Shown here: positions 13,339 through 25,960 of the stretch, in pieces | How the letters are laid out: each line of letters opens with the position of its first letter | How positions within the stretch are numbered: position 1 is the stretch's first letter | Notes under the pieces: generated by a model | Seen by the model: the letters and a program-made list of their open reading frames with translations, nothing else | Told to the model about the DNA's origin: nothing | The model's database searches: none | Assembly: GCA_003693705.1 (NCBI GenBank) | Contig: RBZT01000441.1 | Span: 62,001-126,000 of the forward strand | Direction: 5' to 3' | Source of the DNA: Polymyxa betae A26-41 | Lineage: Eukaryota > Protista > Endomyxa: Phytomyxea | DNA length: 64,000 nt | Made by a program: the position numbers and the translations under genes

Positions 13339-13636
13339 ATGATCGTTGGCCGATTAATGCAGCCGTATCTGAAATCGCAATCTCGCCGAAGCAAGCAGAA
13401 AACCGAAACCTGCGTCTCTTTTCTCGAATCTCAAAAATAAAGAAATTTCTCTGAAAAAAATCCTAAAAGTGCGCAGTGCGTCTTCACAACACAGCTGCAT
13501 ATTTTCGTTTAATCTGAGCCTGAGGAAAGCTTTGAAAAACTTTGCTTGTGTTTAATGTTGCTTCCAATAGTGGTACTAATCAAAAGGTGTACACTCGAGG
13601 TCGTTATACAGAGGAAGCTGACAATGATCGCATGCC

Positions 13637-15431
13637 ATGAATAATGGGCCATCAAATGGAAAGGAGGATTGGAAATTCGTACGGCAAGCCGTGAAACAGA
13701 AGAAGTATGGACATATTCGAGCGATATCGCTGGAAAGTGTCGTCCAGCTAAAGGTGAAAGCGAAACAGCGTGATGACGAAGACGGCATCACGCACGAAGA
13801 CGAATTCAGCGACGAGGACGAATTCGAATTCCGCTCAGCTGGCGACATCAATATTGGAAATTTCAACCTACGGAAGAGGATCGATTCCACCGATGAGATC
13901 ATCTGGGTATCACCTCCACCATCGCCTCGTCATATCGCTGGACCATTACAGCTATACTGCTTCCAAACAGAAACGCTTGCTGCTCATAAATTTCCGGTAT
14001 GACAGAATCAGAATAATGTATCTCCTGGCTGAGACGAAATCGGCATCGTAGATCTCCATTGTGACAGAAAACCTGAACTTTGTCGTGTCGTGCTCGAAAA
14101 AGGAGATCTTCGTCTGGTGGAAACAGCGCTGGGTACTAGCCCATCAACTAACGAACGCTCGTGTTCACTCGGCGGTCATGTCGAATCGGTTCCTGTTCTT
14201 GCGTGGTGCCGACGAATACGTGACAGTCTGGAACCCGGCCATAGGGCGTCTGCTGTTCAAACAGCGCGTCAACGGCGCCAATTCCCCAATGGCGATCACC
14301 GATAAAGAAATGCTGATCACTGCCCATCTCGACGACATCCTTGAGGTGTTCCGTGTCGATGATGACTGCCTGACTTGGGTTTGCATCATGGAGAATGACC
14401 ATCATAAAGGCAAGATCGAATGCCTATCTGCATCTGGGAAGTTCTGTGTCACCGGTGTCCAAGATCTTGGGTAATACCGCCTCACCATCGCCTATCTGTA
14501 TTCTGAGCGCTGTGTGCAGATTCTTCCTCTGGTGTGCCGACATCAGCTACGAAAGATTCGGACAATGCGTCGCACGATTCGAATGCCCTGGCAGATCGAA
14601 GGCACCCTGCTCAGTAGCTGTCGCCGCCAACCGCGATGGCGTTTTTATCGGGACGTCATACGACGGCAGTATCTTGGTCGGGCCTGAACATAACGAGCCC
14701 CATTACTTCCAAGATTTGTCGTCGGTTGTAATCGGCAAGCCATACAATTTTCAAATCCTGCACGACCGCGAGTTCGGCTTCGCCGGCGCCTCGGTCGCGG
14801 CAATTGGTCGCGATGGGCGATTCGCTGCGATCGCGTTCGATGGAATGGGAGTGCTGACCTTGGACGTGCAGCATGGCCGTTTACTGCATATTATCAAAGA
14901 CGTCGAATTGCCGACAGGACCTTGTGTGATGTATGCTCGCAGAGGAACTCAGGAAGGTTACCAGATTGTCTCTGCAACTCGAGCGAATCGCTTATCAGTT
15001 TGGACCATTGAGGTAATGATGGGCAGCCATAACGTGCTTAGTGTCGATTGATGACAGTCTAGGCAGTCTCCAGAATGAGAGTCACGATTCTTATGAGTTT
15101 TCATGAACGAGCCGGTGAATCCAGTATGATCCAGACCGCATGGATGAAGCAAGGGACGCCTCTCTTTACACCGGAAGTCGGTCGCCGTCTGATGCGAATT
15201 ATATTCGATCTGGGCATGCCTTTAATCGCTGATGATAAAATCCAGAAGCTATTTGCCGATAATTACAATGAGGCGCCGCCTTCTAAGAATCAGCCTTATA
15301 GTATTCTGCAAGTCGATGACGGATTATCGAGAATAAGTAAAAAGCTACCGATCCCAAATAGAGCACTGCCCAGCGGTGTACATAGCTTAAAGGATGCAAA
15401 AGATTCAGCCACAACTTGGATGAATAAATAA
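13637..15431 (+). CDS. WD40/beta-propeller protein (multi-exon)
   Basis: Chained ORFs with WD-like segments ([33 protein letters not shown]). Confidence 0.6.
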
Positions 15432-15513
15432 CTGCTTAATATTGCCCATAATTATAAAACGTACAAAAAATCAATACCGGGTAGTTCTACAGATGAAACA
15501 ATGTATGCTAACA

Positions 15514-16638
15514 TTAGGGAGAACAAAGACGCTCCTGAATATAATCGTGGACAAGAATGGCGTTAGCCATGCTGGGCGATGATAGAAACTGCTGAATACG
15601 CTGGATTAGGGTGGCTTTCAACGGATCATTTTGTTTCAGCATGACGGCAGCTTCCAGACAGCTACGGCCTGTGATACCATGATATGGGCCGAGCTGGTGC
15701 CAAGCACGTTCAGCTAACGTTCTCCAATCCACATCAGATGCTCTCATCTCCAAATAAAGCGTCCTTTCGTTCTGCTCGAACTTCTCGAGCTCAAAATCGT
15801 CAATTTTGGCGCTGCAGTTAGTGCACACCATGGGCTCTTCGTAGACGCCTGCGACGATGCCATCCTCGCAGAGCTGGCAACGACAAGACCGCAGATAGTC
15901 GATGTCTTGACAATGACGACATTTGCAAATAAATCCACGAAGTTCGAGCATTTCGGCCCGGCGCCTGCCAGCACCTTCCATCAGGGTAAGTGGAGAAAGG
16001 TTGTAATTCCATCCCAGGATATCTCCAGGTCGAATAGGCAACAAAGCACGAATCACCCACTTAGAATCTTCAATCGCTCCATCAACATTAGGTTGGCAGC
16101 TATGAGCGATAAGCGACCCATACTCAAACAGGGCGCAGTTGCCGTCTGTCATATCGATCGAATTATTATGCAGAATCTGCACCAGGTCTTCAGTATGGCT
16201 CATATACTCGTCCGGTTTGATTTGATTTCTACCGATGCGTTCTGCATCCCCAATCAATTCTTCATCGTCAGCAGCAGAGAAGCTCAGAATACGGTCGCGT
16301 TCGGCATCGGATAACGAGCAGAACTGTATATTACACTGGCGCCAGGTCCCAAATAAGATCGGCGCTTCGCGAAGCACGACGTCGCCTGGTTTAAAATCAA
16401 CCGTTGCCATAAGGCAGCGGCCACAAGACGAGCGCCAAACCGGCGAAATCCCTTCGGGTGGATTCAGGCGGGCCCGATGCAGGAGGTCATGACCTTGGCT
16501 GGCAATTTTCAGGCACTCGGGCGAGCAGATGGGCTCGCAGACAAATCCTCGACTGGAGCATATCGAGCAATAGAGAGGCTGATGATCAATGAGCTTCTGA
16601 CAGATTGAGCATGTTTCAGTATCCAGAGGTAACGTCAT
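15514..16638 (-). CDS. SMYD-like SET-domain lysine methyltransferase with Cys-rich zinc fingers
   Basis: GRCLMATVDFKPGDVVLRE, IAHSCQPN, IRPGDILGWNY, post-SET GFICKCRHC, N-terminal CxxC clusters. Confidence 0.88.
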   Translation of the reverse strand: MTLPLDTETCSICQKLIDHQPLYCSICSSRGFVCEPICSPECLKIASQGHDLLHRARLNPPEGISPVWRSSCGRCLMATVDFKPGDVVLREAPILFGTWRQCNIQFCSLSDAERDRILSFSAADDEELIGDAERIGRNQIKPDEYMSHTEDLVQILHNNSIDMTDGNCALFEYGSLIAHSCQPNVDGAIEDSKWVIRALLPIRPGDILGWNYNLSPLTLMEGAGRRRAEMLELRGFICKCRHCQDIDYLRSCRCQLCEDGIVAGVYEEPMVCTNCSAKIDDFELEKFEQNERTLYLEMRASDVDWRTLAERAWHQLGPYHGITGRSCLEAAVMLKQNDPLKATLIQRIQQFLSSPSMANAILVHDYIQERLCSP

Positions 16639-17101
16639 TGATGAGGTCGCTAAAGGTAGCCCCACTGCAGTCAGGTCAGTACCGTGAGATAGGAAGGTGG
16701 CTGCGCAACCGCCCGTTCTTTTGTTGCGAGACTCAAAATTTTGAAAGAAAAGTATTCGGCGATCTGCTGCTGCCTTAGCGTTCCGAAGTGAAGACGCAAG
16801 TACATGCATGAACAGCAAGGTATCAATGGTGAATGCTTATACGCCAAGCCTACTGGCTATCAAACAAGGAACATTTTGCGTCCCTCAGGCTGGATAGTTT
16901 TCCTTGATGAAATACATTCTTAAATATATAATGCAATGAAGGTGGTTTATGACGTAACAGCGCTTTTTATTTTCTAGTTTTGATTTGAATGAATTTAATG
17001 AGAAGACAAAAGCAGTCGATGACAGCTGTCATCACGGAAAATCAATACATGCAACTTTGATGCTTGAAACGAAATCGGATCATGCTAGTTTGCTTGGAGT
17101 A

Positions 17102-17849
17102 TCATTTGATTTTGTACAAAGTTTCGCATAAAGCCCATACGATGGCCACTGAAACTGCAACCTGAGCCAGCAGGAAAATGCCTGAGATCATTGATGACGA
17201 TGTCCATGTCCCATGAATAGCTTGGTCAATCAGGTACTGCAACTGTCTTCCTGCATGCTCTTCATTGATGAGCTCCGCCTTAGTGCATCGCAAAAACAAG
17301 TTGATCAAGAACAGGTAACGAGCTGTGCAGGTCATTTGGCAGATAGAGGACCAGGAGGCAGTACCACTATGCAGCTGCCGTTTGGCAGTGAATTCTTCTG
17401 GAACTGTCGTCACCTGGACTGTAACGTAATCTTGATCAGAATTCTCCAAGGCTGATGTTGCATGGATAATCTGGCAATCTTTACATAGTCATTGTAAGAT
17501 ACTGTCATGTGGATCCGTCGTGATCCACTTGACGAAGCTTGGATTATGCAGCCGGACTTGACATTGATTTGAATTGATTATTGGATCGTGTCTGGAGAAA
17601 TTTGGTGATTGAAACTATGGCTAATATGAGCGATCCGATTTGAAGTGTCAGTGTGATCGCAGTCAATACGGAAAAAGCAGTGCTATTCTGGTCGAACCAT
17701 AACGCCATGAAGGTTTGCAGATATGTGCATCCGAACATGCCGTAATCGGTATCAACTACACTTATTCGTGCACTGTTTGGTGTGAAAACTGCAAACGGTA
17801 CAGAAAGAGTCAGAATCAGAATCAATAGGTCGTTGATAGGTGGCATCAT
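17102..17849 (-). CDS. Hypothetical multi-pass membrane protein
   Basis: Two ORFs with hydrophobic helices; exon structure unresolved. Confidence 0.4.
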
Positions 17850-17906
17850 GTCATACGAGATTGGATATATAAATCTAATTGAGGATGTGGATGGTTGGGA
17901 TACTAA

Positions 17907-17960
17907 CGATTGGATGTTTGAAATTGACGAACGATTGGATGTTTGAAATTGACGAACGTT
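17907..17960. repeat. Perfect 25-bp tandem duplication
   Basis: aacgattggatgtttgaaattgacg twice, followed by aacg. Confidence 0.9.
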
Positions 17961-18395
17961 TGGTAAATACCCTATAGCCCAGTAAACGAGCCGTTCCCGG
18001 AACGTGAGTGATCAGTCGAATACATTGATCCTTTATAGTGTAAGCTGTTGAATCGTGATCATTGAGAATGAAGTTTGTAGCGACCAGTAATTTGTAGTAA
18101 GGCAACTTCAGTTTAGAGCTGTGCTGGGCATAGCACCGTCTTCGATGACTACAGCGAGCTAGACGAGTCTCTCCAAATTATGGATGGAGTCAAACAGCTT
18201 GCATGATCTTTAAAGCCAATCGGGAACGTGTTGTATGTCCCAAAAGCGGAAATGTTGCCAGTAAATAATGAAACCGGTGCGAGGAGCCGAGGATGTACTC
18301 GCCCGCTCCGGTTCTGCATCTTGACATATCATGTTGATAATAGCGATGTTCGGCACAGGAGTCCTTCCAAACCCTGTATAGTCAGTGCTTGTATC

Positions 18396-19521
18396 ATGAG
18401 TGACGGCGACGAGTTCTCCATAGATGATTCGTCGCCATCGCGCCACGACAACGGTGTCGAGACGTTTTCCGACCATGGCAGAGGAGCCCAGGTCGGTTGA
18501 TTGCCGACTGGGAAGCTCTGCGTCCCTGACATGATGGAGCATAGTCGTTTCTGGTACCAAATCAGCATCATGACGAAGCCATCGAGCTGACAGACGACGG
18601 TTCGTCTGCTGCACCGTCACCGGTTCCAAGCCGACGATTTCATTCTCCAGGTCTGAACCATAAGTCGTCAACTGGCTAGAACCTCTGAAATGCATTCATA
18701 GGCCAATCCGTAGGGTCTCCCTCGTTAGGAACGGTACGACCAAATCTATACATAATCGCTGAGCTTATTGTTTAACTTTCAGGATCTGTAACCAAATGTT
18801 ATTGCGAAAGGGTTCGTGAGCTAACCGAATTTTGCTCAGCAATCATGATGACGATGATGAGGCTCATTCGAGAGCGTCGCCGTTTGTAGATGCGAAAGGA
18901 GGCGCTGTCTCCTCTGAGATTACTGACCTGCTCAATTATATCAGCCGATATGTGCCACAGGAGATCGATTTGGAGGCGCCCCTTGAGCCCTTCATTCCGG
19001 ATTACATTCCTGCTGTTGGCGATATCGACGCTTTCATTAAGATCCCGCGACCCGATGATCGCCCTGACAATCTGGGCCTGACAGTGCTGGATGAGCCCAG
19101 CGGCCAGCAAACCGATCCGACTGTCCTGGATTTGCAGCTGCGAGTATTATCGAAACAATCGACGGCTCCGGTCGTGGTTGTTCGGAGCATTGACAATGCT
19201 GATAAGTCGCCGAAAGCGATCTCGGCTTGGATTGCCAGTATACAGGATCTGCACAGGCAGAAGCCGCCGCCTACCGTCTCTTACTCTCGTATGATGCCAG
19301 AGATTGATGATCTCATGCAAAACTGGCCGGCCGAGTTCGAAACGGTTCTGCAACAGAGCGGATGGCCCCTGACGGCGAGGACGCTGCAGATGGATGTGAC
19401 GTCTGTGGCTAGGATGGTTTGCGCTCTAATGGATATTCCTGTATATAACAGCCTAAAAGAGTCCCTACATCTATTGTTCACTTTGTATATCGAGTTCAAG
19501 TCTCAAACAGTTCCCGCATGA
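18396..19521 (+). CDS. IFT46: Intraflagellar transport protein 46 (multi-exon)
   Basis: Acidic N-terminus; PFIPDYIPAVGDIDAFIKIPRPD, LGLTVLDEP, DPTVLDLQLR, MPEIDDLMQNWP, ESLHLLFTLY. Confidence 0.95.
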
Positions 19522-19568
19522 TCCCAATGATCTCAACTCGCGCAAACCATAATAATGTGATATTGTCT

Positions 19569-22150
19569 TTATAAATCAATTTCTTCGATAGAGAAGTCTG
19601 AATCAGCAACAGATTGCGACCTGGGCTCGGCTTCATAACGTGGACTTTGAGTTCTGGATTGGGCGCGATTGGAACCAGAGACGGTCTCTATTGCAGCTAC
19701 CGGTATCACAACTTCAGCTTTGGTTGTCTGAGCTGAGCTCACTGTGCCATCGCCGGAAGTCTTATAATGTTCATCCATTAGCGCTTGCACTCGAATAAGA
19801 GTTGGTGTGCGATCGTATCCAGATTCGACAATGAAATTCTCCATAATTCCATAATCGTTCTCATTCAATGAGTCCACAAGTGCCTCGATTTTTTGCCTCT
19901 CTTGAGCCATATACTGGGTGGAATGAGGAATACGACTGAGAACATGACAGTATGGTTCCTCATTGAAAACTTGGTGCGATTTGGTTGGGCCGGAACTACC
20001 GGATTCTTGAAATTCGTAAGGAGGACGTTTCAAACGCTGGATGTCTGTCTCATCCGGTTGTTCATTGCTAGAGGTTGGCTTTGACAGATCTTCAGTCAGA
20101 TCTACTGTATATTCAACTGCTGTGTCATCAGGGACGCTGGGTTTTTTCTTCGCCGAACTTTGGTCTGAATGGTACGTTTTACAAACAGTATTCAGATAAA
20201 CTAAAGCTAACCTTGATGCATCTCAGTGAGATATTCAATTTGCGTTTCTTCTTCATGGAGATTATCAAGCATCTCTTCCACAATAGTCCCCGAGGGTTTC
20301 GCAAACAAGGTGGGAGGATCTTCTGTGTTTCTAGGTTCAGAAAGAATATGAATGGGTTCGACAAGGATTCGATTGTTTTTAAATAATATTTGAGGTTTCT
20401 CCCGTTCCTCAAATGACTCAGCTGCATGAGCATTTGTCCTTTGGAAAACAACAGATACAGGTAATCCCTCAATTTGAGCTTTTTGACCTTCATTAGGAAC
20501 GGTCATCTGCAGGGCCGGAATGACATCAGACTCAAAATCCAATCCACTGGATGGTGTTGTAGGTTCGACATCCGAGATTTTTTTCTGGAATTGTTGCTCA
20601 TCGAGCCTTCCCTCTTTACTGATTTGGACCATATCTGATGGAGGCTTGGCTTCTTCGAAGTTTGCTTGTTGAACTCTTATAATGGTTGGTTGACCATCCA
20701 ATTTTTTGTCGTTAACAGCCGTAGCACTAGAAAAGGCACCCAGATTCTGATCCTTCTCCCGATATGTTTGTTTGTGATCATGAATCTCAGCGTATTTACC
20801 CTTGTCAACAGTGACTGTATTTTGGACTGGCAAGACTGCCCTCCTCACTTCGTCTAATAACCCTGTCTTAAAGCCATCGATTGATTTCCGAAAGAAACTC
20901 TGAATATCTTCCTTGAGATCATGGTCAGATTCGGCTGATTTTCCATAGACTGGAGCTGCATCAGTGTCTGAGTCTACAGGCTCCAAAGGCCCAATCCTTG
21001 AGCGATGCGGGCGACGAACTAATGCATGGCGATGCAATTCTTGCTGGCTACTTCTTTGGGCTAGATCTACTTGCATCATTGCTTTGACGCTCTCCAACTT
21101 TCCCTCAAGAGAAAGCATGCGTTGGCTCATTTCTTGTGATATTAGAGCACGCTCTATTGCGGTATCTACAGCAGGTTGCTGAATGATAACCGGAGGTGGA
21201 GGCGGAGGAGGAGCGTGCTGTGCCGGTGGAACAGCGCTTACCGCCTCCTTGAGCATCTGTTGTGCTGTTTTCATCCACTCTCCCATCACCGCGGATGCTT
21301 TATCTTGTATCAGTTTTTCGATTTGCTCTGCATTTAGCACCTGCTGCGCCGGCGCTTCGTCCCGCCTCTGGTGCGGGTCGGGACCCTTGACTGTTTCATG
21401 GCAGGAAAGTTCTTGGTGCGGATGACGGCGACTAGTATGCGCTTGCAGATGATGCTCAGAGATAAACGCAGAATTGCAGAATGTGCACTCCTAACGAGAC
21501 ACCTGTTAGTATGATTGGAGATGAGCTTGAATGTTAATGTTACATAATGTTTGGCAGTTGAGATGGGACCACTTGTCTCATTCGACATTCTCGTCTGCCC
21601 TGATGATACTCCAATCATTCGCTCATAGGCCTGAGCGACCTTCCTGATGTGCCGGCATTCCTTTCGTAAGGCACGAATCTCGTCGTCCTTGCTGGATATC
21701 ACATTATTGCTGTCGGTAAGGCGATCCTGAAGAGACGAGATTCGGTCCTTCTCGGTTCCGCTCTGCTTGATTAGATAATCTTGAACGAATAACAGGTATT
21801 CGATTGTTAGCTGTGCCAAACGGAATAGTTTCAAGAATGCTTCATCGGTAAAGTACCTCAAATCTAATGTGCATTAAGTTACTCTCTTTGTTCTTACGTC
21901 AAAGTGTTTTCTTACCATCTTCGGTAATATCAGCAAAGGCAATGTCTTCGACGTGCTCTTGTAATGCGTCAATGTCAATATCATTCACTATGGATTCTAG
22001 ATCAGCACGATCTATCTTCCGCCAATCAATTCGTCCACGTCTTCGCTTAAACGCGAACCCAGTCATGCATTCAACCTCATTGCGCTCTTCGTTGTTCTGG
22101 TGCATGGATGTTGGATTTCTTTGAGCAATCTCTGCAGTAGTATTCCTCAT
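19569..22150 (-). CDS. DZIP1: DZIP1/Iguana-like basal body protein (multi-exon)
   Basis: FAFKRRRGRIDWRKI..DIDALQE, FLKLFRLAQLTIEYLLFVQDYL, C2H2 finger CTFCNSAF...HLQAHTSRRHP, coiled coil. Confidence 0.9.
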
Positions 22151-22579
22151 CTAAGCCCAAATCAAGCCATGATATCAGCAGACTCACGCGAAAACCATGT
22201 TGGTGATGAAACTGAAAGCTCGTCACAGTCCTCTATACACGCCTTCGGAAACAGTCATGGGCAAACCAAGCGTTCGGTGATTACAACTTCAATTTAGCCA
22301 AGAATCGCTGGATAGTAGGAGAATCGTATGCTTGGGTTCGGTTTCACACCATAACTAGCCACCTGTTCGATTAGGTCAACCTTATCAACACAATCTCTGC
22401 AAGAAAACCAGCCGAAACTGCCAAGACATGTGAAAAATACCTTTGATTCGGTGATTCTTTGGGGCAATCTATCTGTGTAGACGCTCCTGAGAATCTTTAG
22501 CCGGTTTAGTCAATCTAATCGTGCCGATTAAGCTCATGTTTGACCAAACCCATTGCCTATAAACATATTGGCAGTAAAG

Positions 22580-22613
22580 GGAATAGTCACTGGCGAGGAA
22601 TAGTCACTGGCGA
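22580..22613. repeat. 17-bp tandem duplication
   Basis: ggaatagtcactggcga twice. Confidence 0.8.
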
Positions 22614-22752
22614 TTATAGCTACAGAGGCAATGTCATTCTTTGCCCAAAAACATGAATTCCGGGAGCATCATCACTCGGTTTCATGCACAGGGTTGGCAC
22701 TAACATATCGAAGAATTTATGGGATCGAGACATTGTTACAAATGACTGATTC

Positions 22753-23679
22753 CTACGACGAGTCACCGACTCGCATCCTCACGAATCCATCAATATTCAT
22801 ATTGCCCAGCATTTCGGAAATCTTTGTTGCTGAATCACCAATGGCAAATGTTTGCTCCAGCAACGCTATGCCAGATTTCCATTTCTTCAGCTTACCCTCG
22901 ACGATACCCTTCGTGACATGATCGGGCTTCCCGAGCTGCTCTGCTTGTGCTGCCATTATGGCACGTTCAGCGTCGACAACATCGGCCGGGACGTCTTCTG
23001 GCCTCAAATATTGGGGCGATGCTGCTGCAATATGCATGGCGATCTGATCAGCTTTGGCTTTATCATCGCCCACATAGCGCAGAAGTACACCGATCTGGCC
23101 AATATCGCTGCGATTTGGAGAGCGATTATGAATGTAGGAGGCGAACTGTTGTCCCGGCTCAAGAAGCAGACCACGAGCTGATTTCAAAACAATATTCTCC
23201 CGAATAGCAAGCAATGCATCATTGAAATCTTCCCGGGCTCGGTCTCGTAGGGAATCGAGATCTGGATTCGTCCAGTTCTGTGAAGATCTACACTCGTCCA
23301 GAGCCAAATGCGATAGTCGAGCCGCTAAACTCACGAATCGATCAGTTTTAGCGACGAAATCGGTCTCTGATTGCAGTTCGACAAGTACAGCTCCATAATC
23401 ATTACGTGCTAATGCAATGACACCTTGGTTAGTTTCCCGATCTGCCTTTTTGCTGATAGATGCTAACCCAGCTGTACGTAAATAACGTTGGGCAGCTTCG
23501 ATATCAAGTGAGGAAACTAGAAGGGCGGTTTTGCAGTCAACGATGGGAGCGTTAGTTCGTGCCCGAAGAGTCTTGATGAGTTCCATCGGGACATTGGCGG
23601 GCGGAGCCGTCGCCGTTGAAAATAAACGGCGGCAAACGCAAGCAATCATGATAAGAATGGCAGAGTCGGCTGTGAACAC
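22753..23679 (-). CDS. TSFM: Mitochondrial elongation factor Ts
   Basis: LIKTLRARTNAPIVDCKTAL, VELQSETDFVAK, RENI, IAMHIAAASP, presequence CRRLFSTA. Confidence 0.95.
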   Translation of the reverse strand: MFTADSAILIMIACVCRRLFSTATAPPANVPMELIKTLRARTNAPIVDCKTALLVSSLDIEAAQRYLRTAGLASISKKADRETNQGVIALARNDYGAVLVELQSETDFVAKTDRFVSLAARLSHLALDECRSSQNWTNPDLDSLRDRAREDFNDALLAIRENIVLKSARGLLLEPGQQFASYIHNRSPNRSDIGQIGVLLRYVGDDKAKADQIAMHIAAASPQYLRPEDVPADVVDAERAIMAAQAEQLGKPDHVTKGIVEGKLKKWKSGIALLEQTFAIGDSATKISEMLGNMNIDGFVRMRVGDSS

Positions 23680-24179
23680 TTTGGTCTCAGATTGGAACTG
23701 GCTGAGCGCATGTACCGGTATAGCGTGGTGTCATTATTGCCGTTAGGTAACCCCTATTGGCCCAGCAACCTCAAATTCATGCATGTGATTTGTAGAACGA
23801 TTTTCGTTTAGCTACTCTTCTTCTTTGGATCTTGGAACATACGGATGCGAGAATTGGATCACATTTATATCTGCTATGTTCAGCAATTAAAATTTGTAAC
23901 AACGAGGCTGGATAAGCAAGCCTGGGGTATGTCCAACTCAAGATGTTTTGCAAAGTTTCTAGTCTCCAGGGTTGATGATAAACAGCGATTGCATACCACA
24001 CTTAAACTTTTGCTTTGCTGACTTCACATTGTTAAACGACCAACTTCATCAACCAATTGTGTGATGCTTTTGAGATCTCAGGTTGACATGATTCTATTAC
24101 GGTCCTACCTAGGTCATTCAGGCTGGTAGATAGTGCACTCAGCTGCTAATGTATTTTCGTCTCTCCCTCTGATTTAATG

Positions 24180-24353
24180 AGTGCATCCCTGACGACGCAT
24201 ATCGAGCAATCAGCAGTAGCGCCATTATCGAGATGTGTGCGGCAACTCGCCAGCAATACGAGGCATCTCAATTGGATCACTGCTGGCAGCAAGCGTCAAC
24301 GCCAAGAGTAGCAATAAGACGAGCCCAAGCAGCAACGACGATATCATCGACAT
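24180..24353 (-). pseudogene. Frameshifted fragment of a secreted-protein gene paralogous to 42187-43386
   Basis: MSMISSLLLGLVLLLLLALTLAASSDPIEMPRIAGELP then stop; shifted frames give HLDN and LIARYA, matching IEMPRIAGETP..HLDHN..LIVRYA. Confidence 0.7.
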
Positions 24354-24697
24354 TACTTTAAATCGATGAGGTAGCCTTTGGTGAAGCGCCATCTGTGTTG
24401 ATGCTACATACTCCGATTAGAATGAAAATACCGGTAGACAAGACTATTAGAGTTTGAAATTGATCGAGCAGAGCTCAGGCTACAAAGTGAATGGTGTGAT
24501 AGACTAATGTAAAACATGAAACACAGCTGATATGCTGTCATTGTTGTTAGCACAGCGAACTCCCGAATGTGTCTCAAACCAGCAAACCACAGCAAGGAAA
24601 CGAATCCGTGATCGGACCTCTTTGTTGGCGAATTGAAAGACTGATAGTCCTGCTGCTGTTGTTTTGCACTCTGCCATAATTCAAATCTCTAAACTCA

Positions 24698-25465
24698 TCA
24701 AAGCCCGCGTCCGGCAAGAATTTGACAGATGACATCGCGAAAGAAGACGCTGGCATCGAAATGACAGTCACCAGAGCCAGGTAATCGCCAATCAACTTGC
24801 TCATAGTGGTCGGCAGCAATCGTGCCAAGATATTCACCCCATTTGGCACTAATCACAGAGACCAGGCCATCATTATCGCCTTCTCTGCTAGCAATATATG
24901 CATGTGATGGTCGCAGGACAAAAGGTATATGTACTGGTGGCTTGCTGGCACCGAAAGAAAAATATTGAACGTTTTTGTGATTAGGGGTTCGGCTGTTAAA
25001 CTCTCGCTGGGATGCTGTTGTCAGATCGTAGAACACCTTGGCGTCGATGCCAGCATAATGAAGCATTGCTTCGATTCGTAGACGTTGGCCGAGTGTAGAG
25101 ACGCCCCAATCAGCTAAAGTTGTACCTCGATGAGGCGTTGCAATAGTCGTAATCGATGCTACCAGCTGATGCCCGTCTAAATGTGATACCAAATAGCGGG
25201 CATCTAAACCACCCAGAGAATGAGCTATCAAGTTGAATCGCTGATACGGTGCAGATTTTTCTGAATTCTTCAGGTCCACGATAAACTCCTTCAAGAACCG
25301 AGCGCGGTTCGGAATATCGGCCCCATGCGGTATCAGCGGCTCGAGTACAATGCAGCCGAGATCGCGACGCAGCACAGCGGCGACTCGGTTAAAGTACTGA
25401 ATTCGCAATAGGCGCCCGACATCCATGAGCCCATGGCATAGGACAATAGGATATCTGGGTCTCAT
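24698..25465 (-). CDS. Triacylglycerol lipase, TGL2-like alpha/beta hydrolase
   Basis: PIVLCHGL, nucleophile elbow AHSLGG, TIATPHRGT, NDGLVSV..AKWG, DH. Confidence 0.9.
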   Translation of the reverse strand: MRPRYPIVLCHGLMDVGRLLRIQYFNRVAAVLRRDLGCIVLEPLIPHGADIPNRARFLKEFIVDLKNSEKSAPYQRFNLIAHSLGGLDARYLVSHLDGHQLVASITTIATPHRGTTLADWGVSTLGQRLRIEAMLHYAGIDAKVFYDLTTASQREFNSRTPNHKNVQYFSFGASKPPVHIPFVLRPSHAYIASREGDNDGLVSVISAKWGEYLGTIAADHYEQVDWRLPGSGDCHFDASVFFRDVICQILAGRGL

Positions 25466-25960
25466 TGAACTGAGACATAGACACCAGCACCCCACCACCA
25501 CCCCCGACACCCATCAGACATTAGAAGGCCGTCCCGCCGATACAGACAGACGCATCTCTTAGCAATTCTCCTCTTGTAACTCAGACGTCTCTGCCCTTCT
25601 ATCATTATTTCTTCTCAATAGCCAATACGCTGTTCGTTCTGATTTCTTCGTCGAAACAATCATGAATTTGGTCATCATGATCATGCGGGTGAGCCCATGG
25701 GGCTGCCCGTCACAATCCGTTCTATAGACAGAGCGCTGGTCATGAGGATGTCGCTGGCCGACCATCTAATAGTCAGGTGAGACAGCTGGGAATCTTCGGT
25801 CTCGATCATTGATCCGGAAATAAGTGGCGAATACAACTATGACGATGATGGTTCGTACAGCGACGATTTCGATGGTGGTCTAGAAGCCGAGCATATTGTA
25901 CCTGGCGAATCTCATGATACTAACCAAGAGCGCCATGACGAGGCATGTTCTGTCTCCACA

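Noticed and set aside
13467-13482. AAAGTGCGCAGTG motif, also near 48757, as a promoter element
   Set aside because: Two occurrences are too few to support it without a genome-wide enrichment test
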